DNA from: Hydrolagus colliei
Taxonomy: Eukaryota
Direction: 5' to 3'
Length of the DNA stretch: 64,000 bases
Assembly: GCA_035084275.1 (NCBI GenBank)
Contig: CM068743.1
Location: forward strand, 18,538,001 to 18,602,000
Every line of letters begins with the position of its first letter. Position 1 is the stretch's first letter. The notes below the pieces were generated by a model. The model had not been told where the DNA came from. It ran no database searches and worked only from the letters and a program-made list of their open reading frames with translations. The position numbers were made by a program, and so were the translations under genes. This document shows positions 24,661-38,447 of this stretch, piece by piece.

Positions 24661-27089
24661 TGTTAAGACTGAATTTAAGAATGTTCTACCACTATAAGTC
24701 TAGGAAGGAAGCCCAGGGCCCATTGCTATTTTTCAGCTGGGTAAGGGGAGACCTGATATTTACCTTTTCTGTAAAAATATTCTCCTTTACCTGTTTACTC
24801 TTTATTTGTTGGTAGATTTATGTGTTTCTACAGCTGTGGGACAGACTTGCACATTGCCAACAGATCTGTTTGGAAAAGCTTGCAGATGTCCCTCCTGATT
24901 TAAATTTAATGAAGGACACCCAATAATCAGGGCATCAAGTCCAACAGGACTTTCAGAACCAATGACGTCTGGATTTTGCTAAGCACAGAAACCCCAGCCC
25001 GAGGAACTTCAGATAATCCCAGAAGATGTGTAGTCAGGTGGCAAATTTGATAGTAAAATTTGATAATTTCAAAAGGGAATTGGGTAGGTATTTGAAAAGG
25101 AAAAATGTGCAGGGCTCTTGGGTAAGAGCGGGGGAATGGGAACTAGTTGGATAGCTTGCGATTTGAAACATCTAGAAGACATGAAAAGCGCTATATCAAA
25201 ATGCAAGGATTATTACAGCTCTTTCAAAGAGTTGGCACAGGCACGATGGGGCCCAATGGCCTCCTTCTTTACTGTAAGATTCTAGGTTTCTTTGTGTCCT
25301 TTTGATTACAGCACCTGCAGTACTGGTCATCTAGCTCTGCATCTTTGAAATATTTGCACGGGCTCCTGCCTGCTGGAAGTTGCGGTCACATTGGAAATGT
25401 ACTCAACAGCACCTAAAAATGGGACTAAGATTCCCACGATTCACAACAGGGCAATGTATCAATCTTAAACAAACAAGGATTTTCTACTACTATAGATGGT
25501 CTGAGACCTGCTTTGGTATTTAATGGATGTGTGGAGTTTCAGCACCATGCAGATGACAAGGATGTAATACTTTTCACTGATACATGTGTGTAGCCAACCT
25601 GATCAATGTCAAACCTGCTTTGAAAGCAGACTTGTTGAGGTAAGTTGCTCTGCAAAATAATGATGTGGTCGTGAGAAAATGTGCTGATGTTGGTTTTAGC
25701 TTCTGACGGTGAAAAGCAAATCATCACACCATTCCTCCAAGTTGCTGGTAGCATTTTTTAAAAATTAGATAGTCACTGCAATAGGTAGAAATTCTCATTT
25801 ATTGAATAGTGAGTAGCTCGTGACCTGAGAAACAGTTCCTATTTCTATTCCATGGAATATTTAATTAAAAAACTCTGGAGTTTGTGCTTGTTATCTCACT
25901 CGACTGTAATGTGTTTGTTTCATGCTCTATTGAATCTGCGTTCCAGCATTTCCTGGGTTTCAGTGATTGTTATTCCTATAAATCTTATGTTTGGAAATGC
26001 CACTGTCAACACTCGGATATTTGCCAACTTACCTACCAACTGCTGTGCATTCATTGGTTGAAAGAGTCTTGGAAGGGGGATGAAGGAGCATTTTCAGAGA
26101 GTTGGGCCAAGTGTTGGTCAATTATTGCACAAAATATTTGCTTTCTTTTCGCTCCATCTGTACTTCTCTTAAAAAGATGATTTGGCCCCCACAGCTTCTC
26201 CAGATAACAGAGCAAAGCGTTACAAGAATAACTACCTGCATTTTCAAGGTAGCATTGTCCAACCATCTCCCGGATGAAAGGCTATTCCATCCAGCGGCCT
26301 GGCTAGAATCGGTGTCAGTCAAAAGTAGGATATTTTCAAATCTCAAACCACGCATGCTTTACGGTTGAGATAAATGGGTCATTCAGTTGGACACTTGAGT
26401 TATTTCTGACGCTGCTTCCCTTCATAATGAACAGCATCGAATGTCCAAAAACTGGCATGGGGCGAATATAAGAAAATCCTTATATTCCTAAATGCATTCT
26501 GTTCTGTATTTAATGTATTCCTTCCACAAGCGCGTCATCTTAAATTGCTCAGTGTCACTGTATCTGTTTTAAGTTGAAATGTTGGGACAGTAAACAGCTC
26601 TCTAGCTCAAGTTAATCACTCTGCCTGGTCACAGCCTGTCACAAATTCAAGATTCAGAACCCACTGTTAGCAACTGAATCAGTCATACTCCGTGACCCTG
26701 GCAGGACACAGTAACAGCTCTGGTTCAAGACAGTGTGCCAAATGATTTGTATTAAGTCTCTCTGGTTAAACAGGAACTCATGTAGACTTGGAATGTTAGA
26801 TCACTCTACAATCAAAGCAGTTTAGCCTGGAATGGTGAGGTAAGTAATAGAAAGCATAACACTAGGCAGCAAATGAACCGATGAATTAGTAGGAATGACA
26901 CTGACAAAGATGACAGGTTGGAGTTCAATGACTTCTGGTTCTGAGGAATAACTGGATCCGATGGCTGGAGTCAAATGCAGTCTCGTTTTTACAAGTCTTA
27001 GACCAAATCTTTTAGGACTAAAGCTCTTTCTTCTCTCATTGGCATCCCACTTACCTTTCTCACAGCTCAGTGCAAGCAAGAGTACAGTT

Positions 27090-27350
27090 CACTTGCAAGT
27101 GAGAGACCTGGGTTCGATTCCAGACAGGGCAAACCCTTGAGAAGTTTCCTTACTCCACATGCCTGATAATAATCTCTCAGTAAAAAAATAAATAGGTTAT
27201 TTCAATCCACGACTGTTTGTGGGACACTGCTGTGCACAATAGGCTGCCACATTTCGCCCACAAATATAGTCAATTCACTTTACAGTATATTCTGTGAATT
27301 GTTTTGAGATGTCTAGAAGACATGAAAAGTGCTATATCAAATGCAAAAAT
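27090..27350 (+). mobile_element. tRNA-derived SINE, 5'-clipped
   Basis: B box GGTTCGATTCC and family body. Confidence 0.88.
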
Positions 27351-28669
27351 GGATATATTTTTAATCAGTATAATCTCACTCACTCCCCACATTTCCCGAG
27401 TTATCAAAATTATACAAACACATACATCAAACAAAAAGCTGCTCCACTAACTTCCTGGAACATAAATGGGATGATGGCGCCTGGCTATCTGGGAGGGCTT
27501 AATCTGATGTCAGATCTGGGTTCAAAGTAGATATTTGCATGCAAAATACGGCAGTTACTTATTTGGGAGGCTCTTTTGTTTTCCCCAGACTTGATAAGTT
27601 TGCCACTGAAACTTGATAAGTACAGTAACATGAACAGTAACATGAACGTCTGCTCACTTCAACCAGGGTGTGTGGGGACTTAAATGGATGAAATAGCATT
27701 TTATATCTTCGTACCACATGGGACGGCCAATTTACTGCAACCAGACCTTGCATTTAGTCTATTTCCTTCTGGTCCACATTTTTATGAAATGTGAGGAATT
27801 TCTAGTGTATCTGTGATGTGGGTTGTGTGTATATGTATATGTTTAAGTATGTGGATGTTTGTACAGGGGTGTGTGTCAGAGAGAGAGAGACTGAATGAGG
27901 GGGTGTGTTTGCCTGCCTGCTTGCTTCCCTACCATTTTTTATACCATTTACAAATGATTCCTAAGGTTTTTTGGGGGAAGAAAATGAAAAGAATAAATCT
28001 TCCAATGAGTTGGTTGTCTGGCTCAGACTTTCATTCACGAGTTCAGATTGTGAGTGATAGTTTTGTGATTGTTTCATTTAAAGGGACATTGTCACTGTCG
28101 GAAACTTACTGTTTGAACTCTCCAGTGGCACATATAAACAGGTGGCACAATGATGGATTTCACAAAACTAAATTGTTCAACAAAGAGCCCTTTTCCTTTG
28201 TATCTTTTGCTTAGAGGATGAAACAACCAGAGGGTATACCAGAGTCTATTCAAAGTATTGTCTTTAGACATCTTCCTGACATGAAAGGCACTATACATAT
28301 GTAACTTTGTTGTTGTTGTCGTAGATCTAATGGTTTTGTAAAAACACATTTATAAAAGTAATTTGTTTGTGGGAAACATCTTTTGCGTTTCTATATAACC
28401 TGGTTGACACACTTCCTCCATTATTTCTTCTCTCCAGTGTTTGATGTCTCCAGTGATGATGAAGAGCCACATGTCCGTCAGAGCAGCTTCATTTGAGTTT
28501 AATGGGGAAGATGCTTTGGGCTGGCCTGGGAGCCAATCTTTAGAATTAACAGCAGTTCCCTTTGAAGTGCTTTAAAATGTTTTGTCATGTCACATGTCTC
28601 AAACACAAGTTGTTTCTTTTATTTGTTTCTACACAGAAGATTGTTCCAACATGGAATGTCGTACCTTAG

Positions 28670-29049
28670 AATAATAAAAAATCCTTGCATTTGATATAAC
28701 GCCTTAACACGGTTTCAAGGCATCTCAAAGCGCTTCACAGAATATACTGTAAAGTGAATTTACAGTATGTTTTGTGGCAAAATGTGTCAGGCAATTGCAC
28801 ACAACAGTGTCCAATGAACAGTCGAGGATTGAGTGACCAAATGATTACTTTGTTTTTAACTTTTCCTTGAAAGAAACATTAACCACTGGAAAAGCGATTT
28901 GCCAATCAACCAACAACCAGATTACTGCTCGGTAAACAAAGTTTTGTGGAGTAAGCTAAACTTGTCTAACGTTTTGTTCTGCCAGGAATCGAATCCAGAT
29001 CGTCTTGCTTCCGAGGCAAACGTTCTAACCATTGAGTTACAAGACTCCA
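28670..29049 (-). mobile_element. tRNA-derived SINE (long variant)
   Basis: Reverse complement of the family, with an extra internal segment shared with 60658. Confidence 0.87.
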
Positions 29050-31354
29050 AAATACTTTGCTGTTGAGGCAAAGTCCAAAACAAAATTTTGAAATTTTGAA
29101 AAAATAATATTGGAAAGCTACTATTGTAAGATATGAGGAAAGAGCAGTGGAATGGGGATAGAGTAAATGGCTCCAATGAGGGAATTCACATCAACCCAGA
29201 CACAATGGGCTCCAGGGCCATTCCTGTTCTGCAAACATCAAACAATTCTCTCTTTGATCTCCCCAAGAACTAATGAAGGATCAAATATCAAGATGTTTGC
29301 ATTTTTACAGTAATTATTTAGATCCATGCAGATAGAAAGAAACGAGATTTTTTTAATAGTGCAAATGTGAGCAAAACCAACCTTAAACCACAATTGGCAA
29401 CAGGTCGCATGTGGGTGTTGGCTCTCTTGTGTGGAGCCAGGTTCAGAAAGCACAGGAAATCTTGCACAACCTGCAGGACTTTGTGCCTTGTCAGCCAGTG
29501 TTTTCTTCTCTATTCTCTCCTCTCAAATGTGAGATGAGATTAAATGAACTGAAGAGTTCATGTCTGAATCGCTCTTGTGATATGTGCTGTGGTATTGGCA
29601 GTCACACCGTGATGTCTTGCCTAAGTAGCCATTTTTCATATATGAACTTGAATAGTGAGTGAATGTCAATAGCTTGTTGGGCCCTCATCACTGTTGAGCA
29701 GTGTTTGTGCTTCTACAGTCAGCTCCATTGCTCCCATCTATTTATCCAATATTTTAAATGAAACGCATACTTTCATAAACAGTATTTAACGGCTTGTTTA
29801 TTTTCCCAACAGTTTGACAGCCCTGAACAATATGTTCTTGGAAATATTTTGACCGCACAGAAATGTTTAACATTACAACAAATGCTCCCCACTCCTTGTA
29901 TGTTGCAACCTGCCATTTGGCATACATCAACATGCTGGAAGCAAAAAAAAAAGACCATGATGGAAAGGAGAGGGTGACAGAGTACAATGCAACAGAGCGA
30001 AATATAATGACAATCATGGTTTGAAAATTCCTGCTGTTGTCAATTCCAGGGGCTCTTGGTTTTAGAAGTTTTCGGTGTGTTGACATATTCCAAGTCAAAA
30101 GACATGTAATTGGCTCTTCCTTCCTAGGGCCTTCGCTGTAAAAACTTGCAGCTTTCTAAGCATTTCACAAGCATTCCAGCAAACGGGTGCAGTTGAAACT
30201 GATGAATACAGGTTTTCACTTAGATATGAAGTTCATGTAATGGGGTCGGTTGGCTGCAGCTGTATTTGGAACAGACATGTTTCGGGCAGAATCCGATTGC
30301 TTAACTGACGATATTCGAGCTGTATTGTCATTGAAAATTTAAAGAGCATAACAAAATCTAAATGGAATCCCCCATTGCTTTCTCATTAGGATTCAGGCAT
30401 GTGCAGTGACATTGCTGGTGGTTCCAGCGAGCAGAAGGGTTACAACCGCGAATGAACAATAAAGGGACATGTCAGGCTCTCTACAGAGTTAATTTCTATT
30501 CCAATTACAGTGTAAAGTTTTCTCAGAATCAGATGGGATGCTTAATAGTGCAAATTTAAATCTGTAATAGCCCATGTTGTGCAATTTTCTACATCCCAAG
30601 TCTCAATCCAAGTTATTAAGCAGCCACCACTGTGATTTTGTTTAAATATATAATATTGGAATCGTCTTTGCTACCTGATATCACAGTAAATGCTAACTAA
30701 CCAACTTGTCCTGTTAAATTCACAGGAACAGATTTTGACCAATGGATATTGTAAGATGGTAAAAATGATCCTTGCATTTGATGTAGTGCTTTTCACATAT
30801 TCTAGATGTCTCAAAGCGCTTCACAGAATATACTGTAAAGTGAATTGACTCTATATTTGTGGGTGGAACATGGCAGTCCATTGACTGTAATATTCTTACC
30901 TCCATGTGCAAACTGTTGGCCATTGTGTCATTAAAGTGACTGTTGGTGCAAATAATTTACCGGAATAGGCATTCGAAGGCATTGAATACTTTGATATCAC
31001 AGCATAATTTTGACTCCCAAAATGATGCAATTTAGAATCATTTAATTTTGTTCAAGGAATCTGTTTAGTCTCACATTGTCAATTCCTCACCTAGCTTCAG
31101 TGGCTCCCAGTGCTGTCAAGCAATTCAAGAAATGATTTCCCATGAAATGTGCTAAAATGTAAGTTTTTTTTTTACTACAAAATTTGTCTAAACCCCCCTT
31201 TTTTTTTACTGGCAATGATTATCAGTTTATACCGTGGTTTTACTGACTCAACTGATCGATGAATGAGTTATTCTTCCCCGATCACACACTGATTCTGTCT
31301 GCCTGGAAAATATGCAACCGATATTTTCAAGTTGAAAGTATTGTTTAACATCAT

Positions 31355-31560
31355 AGGTCAGCCTGGTTCAGTTAGTAGTACACTTGACTCTGAGTCAGAG
31401 GATTGTGGGTGAAAACCTTATGTAGTCTATGCTGACACTCCAATGCATTACTGGGGTGTGCTATATTATCAGAGGTGATGTAATTCAGATAAAATGTTAA
31501 ACGTCTGTTAAAGTCTGGCTGCCTAGGTGGATGTTTTAAGTTCCCATGGCACGATACAAG
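31355..31560 (+). mobile_element. Deu-domain SINE head and core
   Basis: CTCTGAGTCAGAGG..GTGGGT head and TCAGAGGTG..TTCAGAT..GTTAAAC..CCCATGGCAC core. Related relics at ~1105-1245, 14060-14170, 15455-15560, 20860-21470, 34090-34350 and 53330-53620. Confidence 0.7.
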
Positions 31561-31614
31561 TAGCCATCAATCCCCAAAATAAAATTGGTCGCTCACTCCT
31601 TCGCTGTTTCTATA

Positions 31615-32240
31615 AGGGTGACTCCAAGACCCTCAAACACGCATTCATAACATCCAGGATTGACTATGCAAACTCTCTCTGCTTGTCAGCCTCCCCAACT
31701 CCTAACTCTATAGACTGTAGATCATCCAGAACTCTGCAGCCCATGTCCTCTCCCGCACCAGATTCCATGACTCTAAACACCCCCATCTTCGTATAACTCC
31801 ACTGGCTTCCCATCACACAGAGGATAAGATCCTGGTCCTCACCAAAGTCCCCCATGGCTTGCTCCCCACAGCCTCTACGACCTTCTAAACCCCTCCTAGC
31901 CTGCCCCCCCCCCCCCATCCTTTAAATGTGCTCTGGGCTGCTTCACATCCCTCGTCTCACCCATCCCACCATTGGCAGGCAGGCCTTCTGCCACTCTGCC
32001 CCCACCTTCTAAGAACTTCTCCCAACATGCTATCACCTCCGCCTCATCGCGTCTTTTGCCACCTTCAAGATGTTTCTCAAGACCCTTTGACCGTGCCTTT
32101 GGTCACCCTCCTTCCCCCTGTCCTCCACCCTACCTGATCCCACCCCCCAGCTTGGGTTTGAAACACTGATTGTCTAGTCTAGTGCCTTGTGATGTCCTCC
32201 GAAACTGAAAGGCGCTATACAACTGTAATTTTGTTGTTGT
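31615..32240 (+). mobile_element. L2 LINE 3' fragment
   Basis: TLKHAFITSRIDYANS, with tail GAAAGGCGCTATAC...TTGTTGTT. Confidence 0.85.
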
Positions 32241-35200
32241 TCTTTGTGCGGCAGAGCTGTACACAAATTGACTGCCATGTTCACCCACAAAATACTCAGT
32301 CATATCACTGTGGAGTGTACCCTGCAAGCTACTTTGAGATGTCTCAACAACATGATAAAGCACCATATCGAAAGCAAGGATTATTATTATCACTACTTTT
32401 CCAATCCAGACATTCCATGTATGCCTTGAGTGTATATATGTAGAATTTGTGTATTGGAGAAACAGCATTAAAAGGGAGCATCACTGCCCTGTATGTTGAG
32501 AAAAGATGCTAACTGAATTAATTTCTTTTGCAGCCCATAAGCATCTGCTAACCTGTATCATTGAAGCATCTCTGGGAGATTTGACATCAATTTGGCTGTC
32601 AGAAACATTGATTGCTGAGTGAAGCTTCTTTGCGAGTGAAACACGTAGGACATTCACTAAACTGTTATTGAAATAGCCGTGGGAGATCTGAAGTGGATTC
32701 TATTCACAGGGAAGGAAATATTGTACAAAAATGAATATAGTTCTCTAAGGAATAATGTACACCCCATTAGCCTTCAGCTTCCTGTTATAGTAACTAGTAG
32801 CAGTCATTCCTAAATTATAGTAAAACAGTGTCAAACTAACAATTCACAACACACAATGACTTATATAATCATGGTAAATATAATTAAAACTCAAAAGATA
32901 AACAAAGTCCTATTAAGGATAATGATTTAATTTTAATTATTATGAAGTTTGAATAGATTAAATTACTTCCTGGAAGGGCACACAGAGCAGCAAGAATGGA
33001 TTTGGCTCCTATTTGCGTTCAAACATGTTGACCATAATGAAAGAACTCTCATCAAAAGCTGTCATATTGATTAAAACTAACAAAGCTGTCCGTGAGCTGT
33101 GCATAATGTGAACCACGAGAGCTTTGGGCAAACTAAAAATAAAGCTATGTGCGTACGGCTTTCAAATACATTAGGTCATGGATGCCATGCTAGTGGAAGG
33201 AAAGGATGGTAACAGCATGAGCAAACAGACAGAGAAAACAATTCAGACTTTCAGAGAGGACTTGGTGGGTAACAACTGAAATAGTCGGGTTTTTTTATCA
33301 TTACTGTTTCTTTGAAAATAGAATGAAGGTGAAATTGGTATGTGTTGGCATACAAGCATTAAAGGCTGATATCAACTGCTTTCTGTTACAGCTAACTACT
33401 GAGAACAGAGTAATTAAGAAGCAAACAATTTCAGATAATCATCAAAGTATGTTGCTTCTTCCCCCTTCCTCTACTTTAATATAGGTCAAGTATAACTTAT
33501 TGAGTTCTACAGTGTCCTAAAAGTAAATCCAATAGCTATGTATTAATTGATCAATATTACAGGAAGCAGTACTCTCTTACTATTAAAAATAACATTGATT
33601 TAAATGAAGATGGTGATTTTGTCCTTTAGTTCATTGAAGAACAGAATAAAAGCCATCGATGTTTAGTTTCCATCATCATAAAAATACTTGCATTTGATAT
33701 AATGCTTCATCGCATTGTTGAGATGTCTTAAAGAGCTTCACAGGAATTCAAAGTGTCGTGACTATTTTATTGGGAAATGCGGCAGCCAATTTGCAATGTC
33801 CTGTAACAGGCATAAATATTGATAAGCAGGGAGGAAGCTCCATGCACCAAATAAGATCGATTATGTTCAAGCAAATAGAAATTATCTTCAGTATTGGGGA
33901 AATCTGAGTGACGAGCTGGAGTTTCCTGAGCGAAGGCATTGTAGTTTACCTGCTGCAAAACTGAATGAACTTTTTGGTCGTTTTGAGATGTTTGAAAATA
34001 AACAAGTGGAAATATTGACAACATAATGAAGTGCTGGTATGTCGGAAGTACAGACCTGTGTCTAAAAATATTAAACTGAGCTCCCACTTGCTGTTCTTCA
34101 GGTTGATGTCAAAGCTCCCTTGACACTATTTGAAAAGAGAAGAGTGTTCCTCCCGGTGTCCTGGTCAAAAGCCGCCAGTTGAATTGTAATGAATTTTCAT
34201 TGCACCCATGGCTGTTTGTAGGATCTTGCTGAGCACAAAATGACTGGCATGTTTGCCTCCAAAAGCATTTATTACACTAAATAGCAATTAGTGTAAAGAG
34301 CTTTGAGACCTTTCAGTGCTATAAGGAGCTGTAAAATAGAAGTTATTGTTTTCAAATTGTTCAGTATGCTATTCGAGAATCACAGAGAAAGTCAATGGGG
34401 TTGTTAATGTCTGAAAGACCTGGTAATTCACCAAGATATCAAAATAAATAATAAATTTTAAAAAGTGTTCTACACATGCATAATAATAAGAATCATAATA
34501 TACAACACATATATCCAAGCTTTACATGGCATTTCTGCCAGGGAAGAAAATAATAATCCTTCCATTTGATGTTGTGCCTTTCATATCTGGCAGACTTCTC
34601 AATGTGCTTCACAGGAAGTTCTGTGAAGTCTTGCATTTGATATAGAGCTTTTCACGTCTTCTAGACATTTCAAAACTCTTCACAGAATATACTGTAAGTG
34701 TATTGTCTGTATATTTGTCCACATATTTCATATATCCAAGCTTTATATGCTTGGATATATTCGGAAATATTTTCACCCACAAATGCACAAAATATAAAAA
34801 ATATATTTTGTAGGCAAACAATACTGTTAATTTGTGCTCAGTGATGGCTAGGCTAAGCCATGAAGTTTTAGCCTCGTCATTTACCTAGTGTTAGCATGTA
34901 AGTTAAATAATACTTAAGATTTTTCAGAATTGTGGAAAATATCTTCATTTATAACTGGAAAGCCAGTTCGTTTTAACAATTGCTGTAAACAAGCTTCTGA
35001 ATTCACAAGATCACAAGGCCCTTCAGCCCATTTGAACTTTCCAGAATACCCACCCAAATTGATCAAAAGGCAGATGGTGGGGCAGGCAAATCAAGGGCAT
35101 GTTTAATGACAGAGATATGTACTGTACCATACATCTGTACAGACATTGTGTATTGGTCACAAAGCCATGAAGTACAGAAAAGACATAAAACCAGTGTGCA

Positions 35201-35454
35201 GTTTCAAACAAGGCCTTGGTGATTTGACCATGTAATAACTGACCTCACATTCTGGAGCTGTTTCCGTTTACATCTATATTCACAACATGCACTTCAGTTG
35301 TGTATAGACCCTGCCTGAAGCAAAGGCAATTTATTATGCAGGATGAATAATCTGTACATTGATGTACCTTCAAAGGATTCACAGTGAAGAAAGGTTATGT
35401 GGAATGGGGAAATTATGCAACTGTTCTAAGAGAACACCAAATATCAGTGTAGAC

Positions 35455-36155
35455 TGGGGTCCGTCGATATGGAAATTTTCCAATTTAGATATATCAACGG
35501 CCTCATATTGAGATATACCGAAATATCGATATTTTCGGGTTTTTCGTACTGCGCATGCGCGCGTGGCACGTGCATTCGGGGCCTATCTCCTCAGGAGGTA
35601 AATATCTTTCTCTCTCTGTGTCTCTCACACTCACTCTCTCCATCTCTGTGTTTTTCTGTCTGTGTCTCTGTGTCTCTCTCCTCTCTCACATCTCCCCCAT
35701 CTCTATCTATCTGTATATTATCACATCCACCCCGTCTCTCCCCCCCCCCCCCCCCCATCGCCGTCCCTCTCTCCTCCCCCCCACCGCCACTGTCCCTCTC
35801 TACCCCCCCCCCACCCCCCGCAGCTGTCTCTTTCCTTGCCCCCCCCCCCCCCCCCCCCCCCCCCCGCCGTCTCACCCCCCCAAGCCATCTCTCTCCCCCC
35901 ACCCCCACCCCTTGCATACTTGTATATTGTATTCTAGGACTATGAATACAATATGGCGGCTTTGCACATCCGTCTGCGCATTGTGTATAGAGATGAGCAT
36001 TCTGGGTCTTGTAGTTCAGTGTGCTCGCATTCCGATTTTTTCCCTCGATATATCGATTTTTCGATATATTGATATTTTTGAAATGCCTATATCGGCGTAT
36101 CGATAAGAAAATTATATCGGGTTTTAGCGATATATCGATATATCGCTGGACCCTA
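35455..36155. mobile_element. non-autonomous hAT element, family Y, short copy
   Basis: TIRs TGGGGTCCGTCGATAT / ATATCGCTGGACCCTA, 8-bp TSD GTGTAGAC/GTATAGAC, subterminal CGATAT repeats. Confidence 0.88.
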
Positions 36156-36499
36156 GTATAGACATATATTTACATCTGAGATCCTGAAATCTGATTTCAG
36201 GATTTTAAAAAAATTCTCATTTCCTTTTAATAATAATAACTCTTGTATTTGATATAGCGCTTTAACACGTCTTTGAGATGTTTCAAAGCACTTCATAGAA
36301 TTTACAGTAAAGTGAATTCAGTATATTTTATGAGCGAAAATTGGCAGGCAATTGCACGCAGCAGTGTCTCACAAACAGTCATGGATTGGGTGACCAACTG
36401 ATTATTCTGGACAGACAGTCGGAATCTCGGTTTGATGTCTCATCCAAAAGACGGTGCATACCAGACTTTCGGGGGAGTGTTGGAATCACTTCTTAATTG

Positions 36500-36850
36500 A
36501 TTTAACTCTGTGACCTCCTAACCCCTACCAACCTGTCCGCTCCTCTGCTCAGCGGGCTCTGGCCTGCTTCACGTCCCCTGCCCTACCCGCCCCACCACTG
36601 TTGGGCGGGCCTACCCACTGGAACTGCATTCCACCATCCCTACGCCTCGCCACCTCACTTGCCACCTTCAAGGCTCATCTCAAGACCCTCCTCTTCAATT
36701 GTGCCTTTGGTCACCCTACTACCCGGCCTGCCTTCCCTACCTTCCACACCTCCTGATCCCAACCACCAGCTCGGATGCGGTTCCCTGACTGTCCAGCACC
36801 ATGGGACGACCTCTTACTGAAAGGCTCTGCACAAATCTATTTTGATGTTG
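36500..36850 (+). mobile_element. L2 3' end
   Basis: Similar to 52830-53125. Confidence 0.78.
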
Positions 36851-37186
36851 TTCATTTCAAGGGTTGAACCTTACTTCCCCCCCCACCACCCCAGGCCGCC
36901 TCCTTTTCTTGGTCACCAATTACCACGTGCAACTGGGAAATACATGTTTGAGCTGTGCCATGGCTCCTGCTCTGATACCAGATGCAAACAATGACCAGAA
37001 GATACCTCTCTTTGATAGTTCTCACCATTTTCTCTGTGGTAAAAAAACCAAAGCCTTTACATGGGATCTCCACACAGCAGCAGAACAGAACGTTGCTATA
37101 GGTATCTACTGATCTCAGAGCAGTTACACAATTTTTTCTATTTGGAATTGCTTTTGAGATCTTCCATCGCCTGGACATTAAAATCC

Positions 37187-37508
37187 TGGAGTCCTGTAGC
37201 TCAATGGTTAGAGCACTTACCTTACAAGTGAGTGACCTGGGTTCAATTCCAGGCAGGGCAAAACCTTGGGCAAGTTTCCTTACTCCACACTCCTAATAAT
37301 AATTCCTCAATAAAAAACAATAATAAACTGGTCATTTCAATCCACAACTGTTTTGGGGAAACTGCTGTATGCAATTGGCTGCTGTGTTTCGCCCACCAAA
37401 TATACAGTCAATTCACTTTACAGTATATTCTGTGAAGCTCCTTGAGACATCTAGAAGACATGTAAAGCTCTATATCAAATGCAAGGATTATTATTATGAT
37501 TATTATTA
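37187..37508 (+). mobile_element. tRNA-derived SINE (short variant), full length
   Basis: TGGAGTCCTGTAGCTCA head and (ATT)n tail. Confidence 0.92.
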
Positions 37509-38447
37509 GAGATTTCATAGCACTATTTGGCACTATTAAGTGCTTCGTAATGCTACCCATGTAAAGGGACGCAATAAAAATGCAAGTTTTTGTTGTTATT
37601 ACCATTGCTAAATACAGTACTACCTATACACGGTGGAAGAGGTTTAATGCATTGAATGGTCTTCTCCTGCTCCTATTAGTTCAAGGGCTTCAAAACATTA
37701 ATTCGAACTGAAAGGTTCTGCCAAAGTGCAAGATGTTTCCATTCTCGGATATGTGGTGTCTTCTTTTAATCAAGACATCTTTGCCCGTCTGCAATTTTTT
37801 TGACCTATAATATTTACACGTACATTTGCTGTTGAATATTTGGCAGAAACTTTGATCTGAGGCTGGTGAAATCTGTCAAAAGGTATCCTTGCTGCAGTTT
37901 GATAAATGTAAAATTGGGTTGCCTTTAGGAGACGGTGTCATCCACAACTCTGTGTACAAAACTAACCTTTTCCCCCTGTCAGAGCAGAACACTACATAAT
38001 ATCTGGTACTTCTCCCCTGCTAACTCAGGCAGCAGGTTTTCTACAAGTAAACCTCCCTCTTTTCCCTTCTTCATGTTGCACCTGGAGACTTCTCTTACCC
38101 TGGTTCAGCTTTAAGCATTGCCAACAGTTAAGCGCTTCCAGATGCTATCCATGTGAAGGGTCCTTAATGAATGCTAGTTGTTGTTGTTGATTGTATTTAC
38201 CCCCACTTTTTTCTTATTTTGATATAAGAAATTTTAGGATTAGCATAGACAAGTCAGAAGGCATCGACAAACCGAAAGCCTTTTGCTAGGTGTCATCCTC
38301 AGCTAACATAACATCTGACCATAGGCTTCAACCATTTTCTCTTTCTAGATCCATCCCTTGAACCAATGTGTTCTTCTATGGCCATTTTTAAATAAATCGG
38401 TGTAACATTTTCCTTCTTGTGTCCGAAAAGTACTGTAGTTGGAAATA

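Noticed and set aside
35469-36106. Pro-rich ORFs of 158 and 183 aa
   Set aside because: Same MITE and low-complexity artefact.
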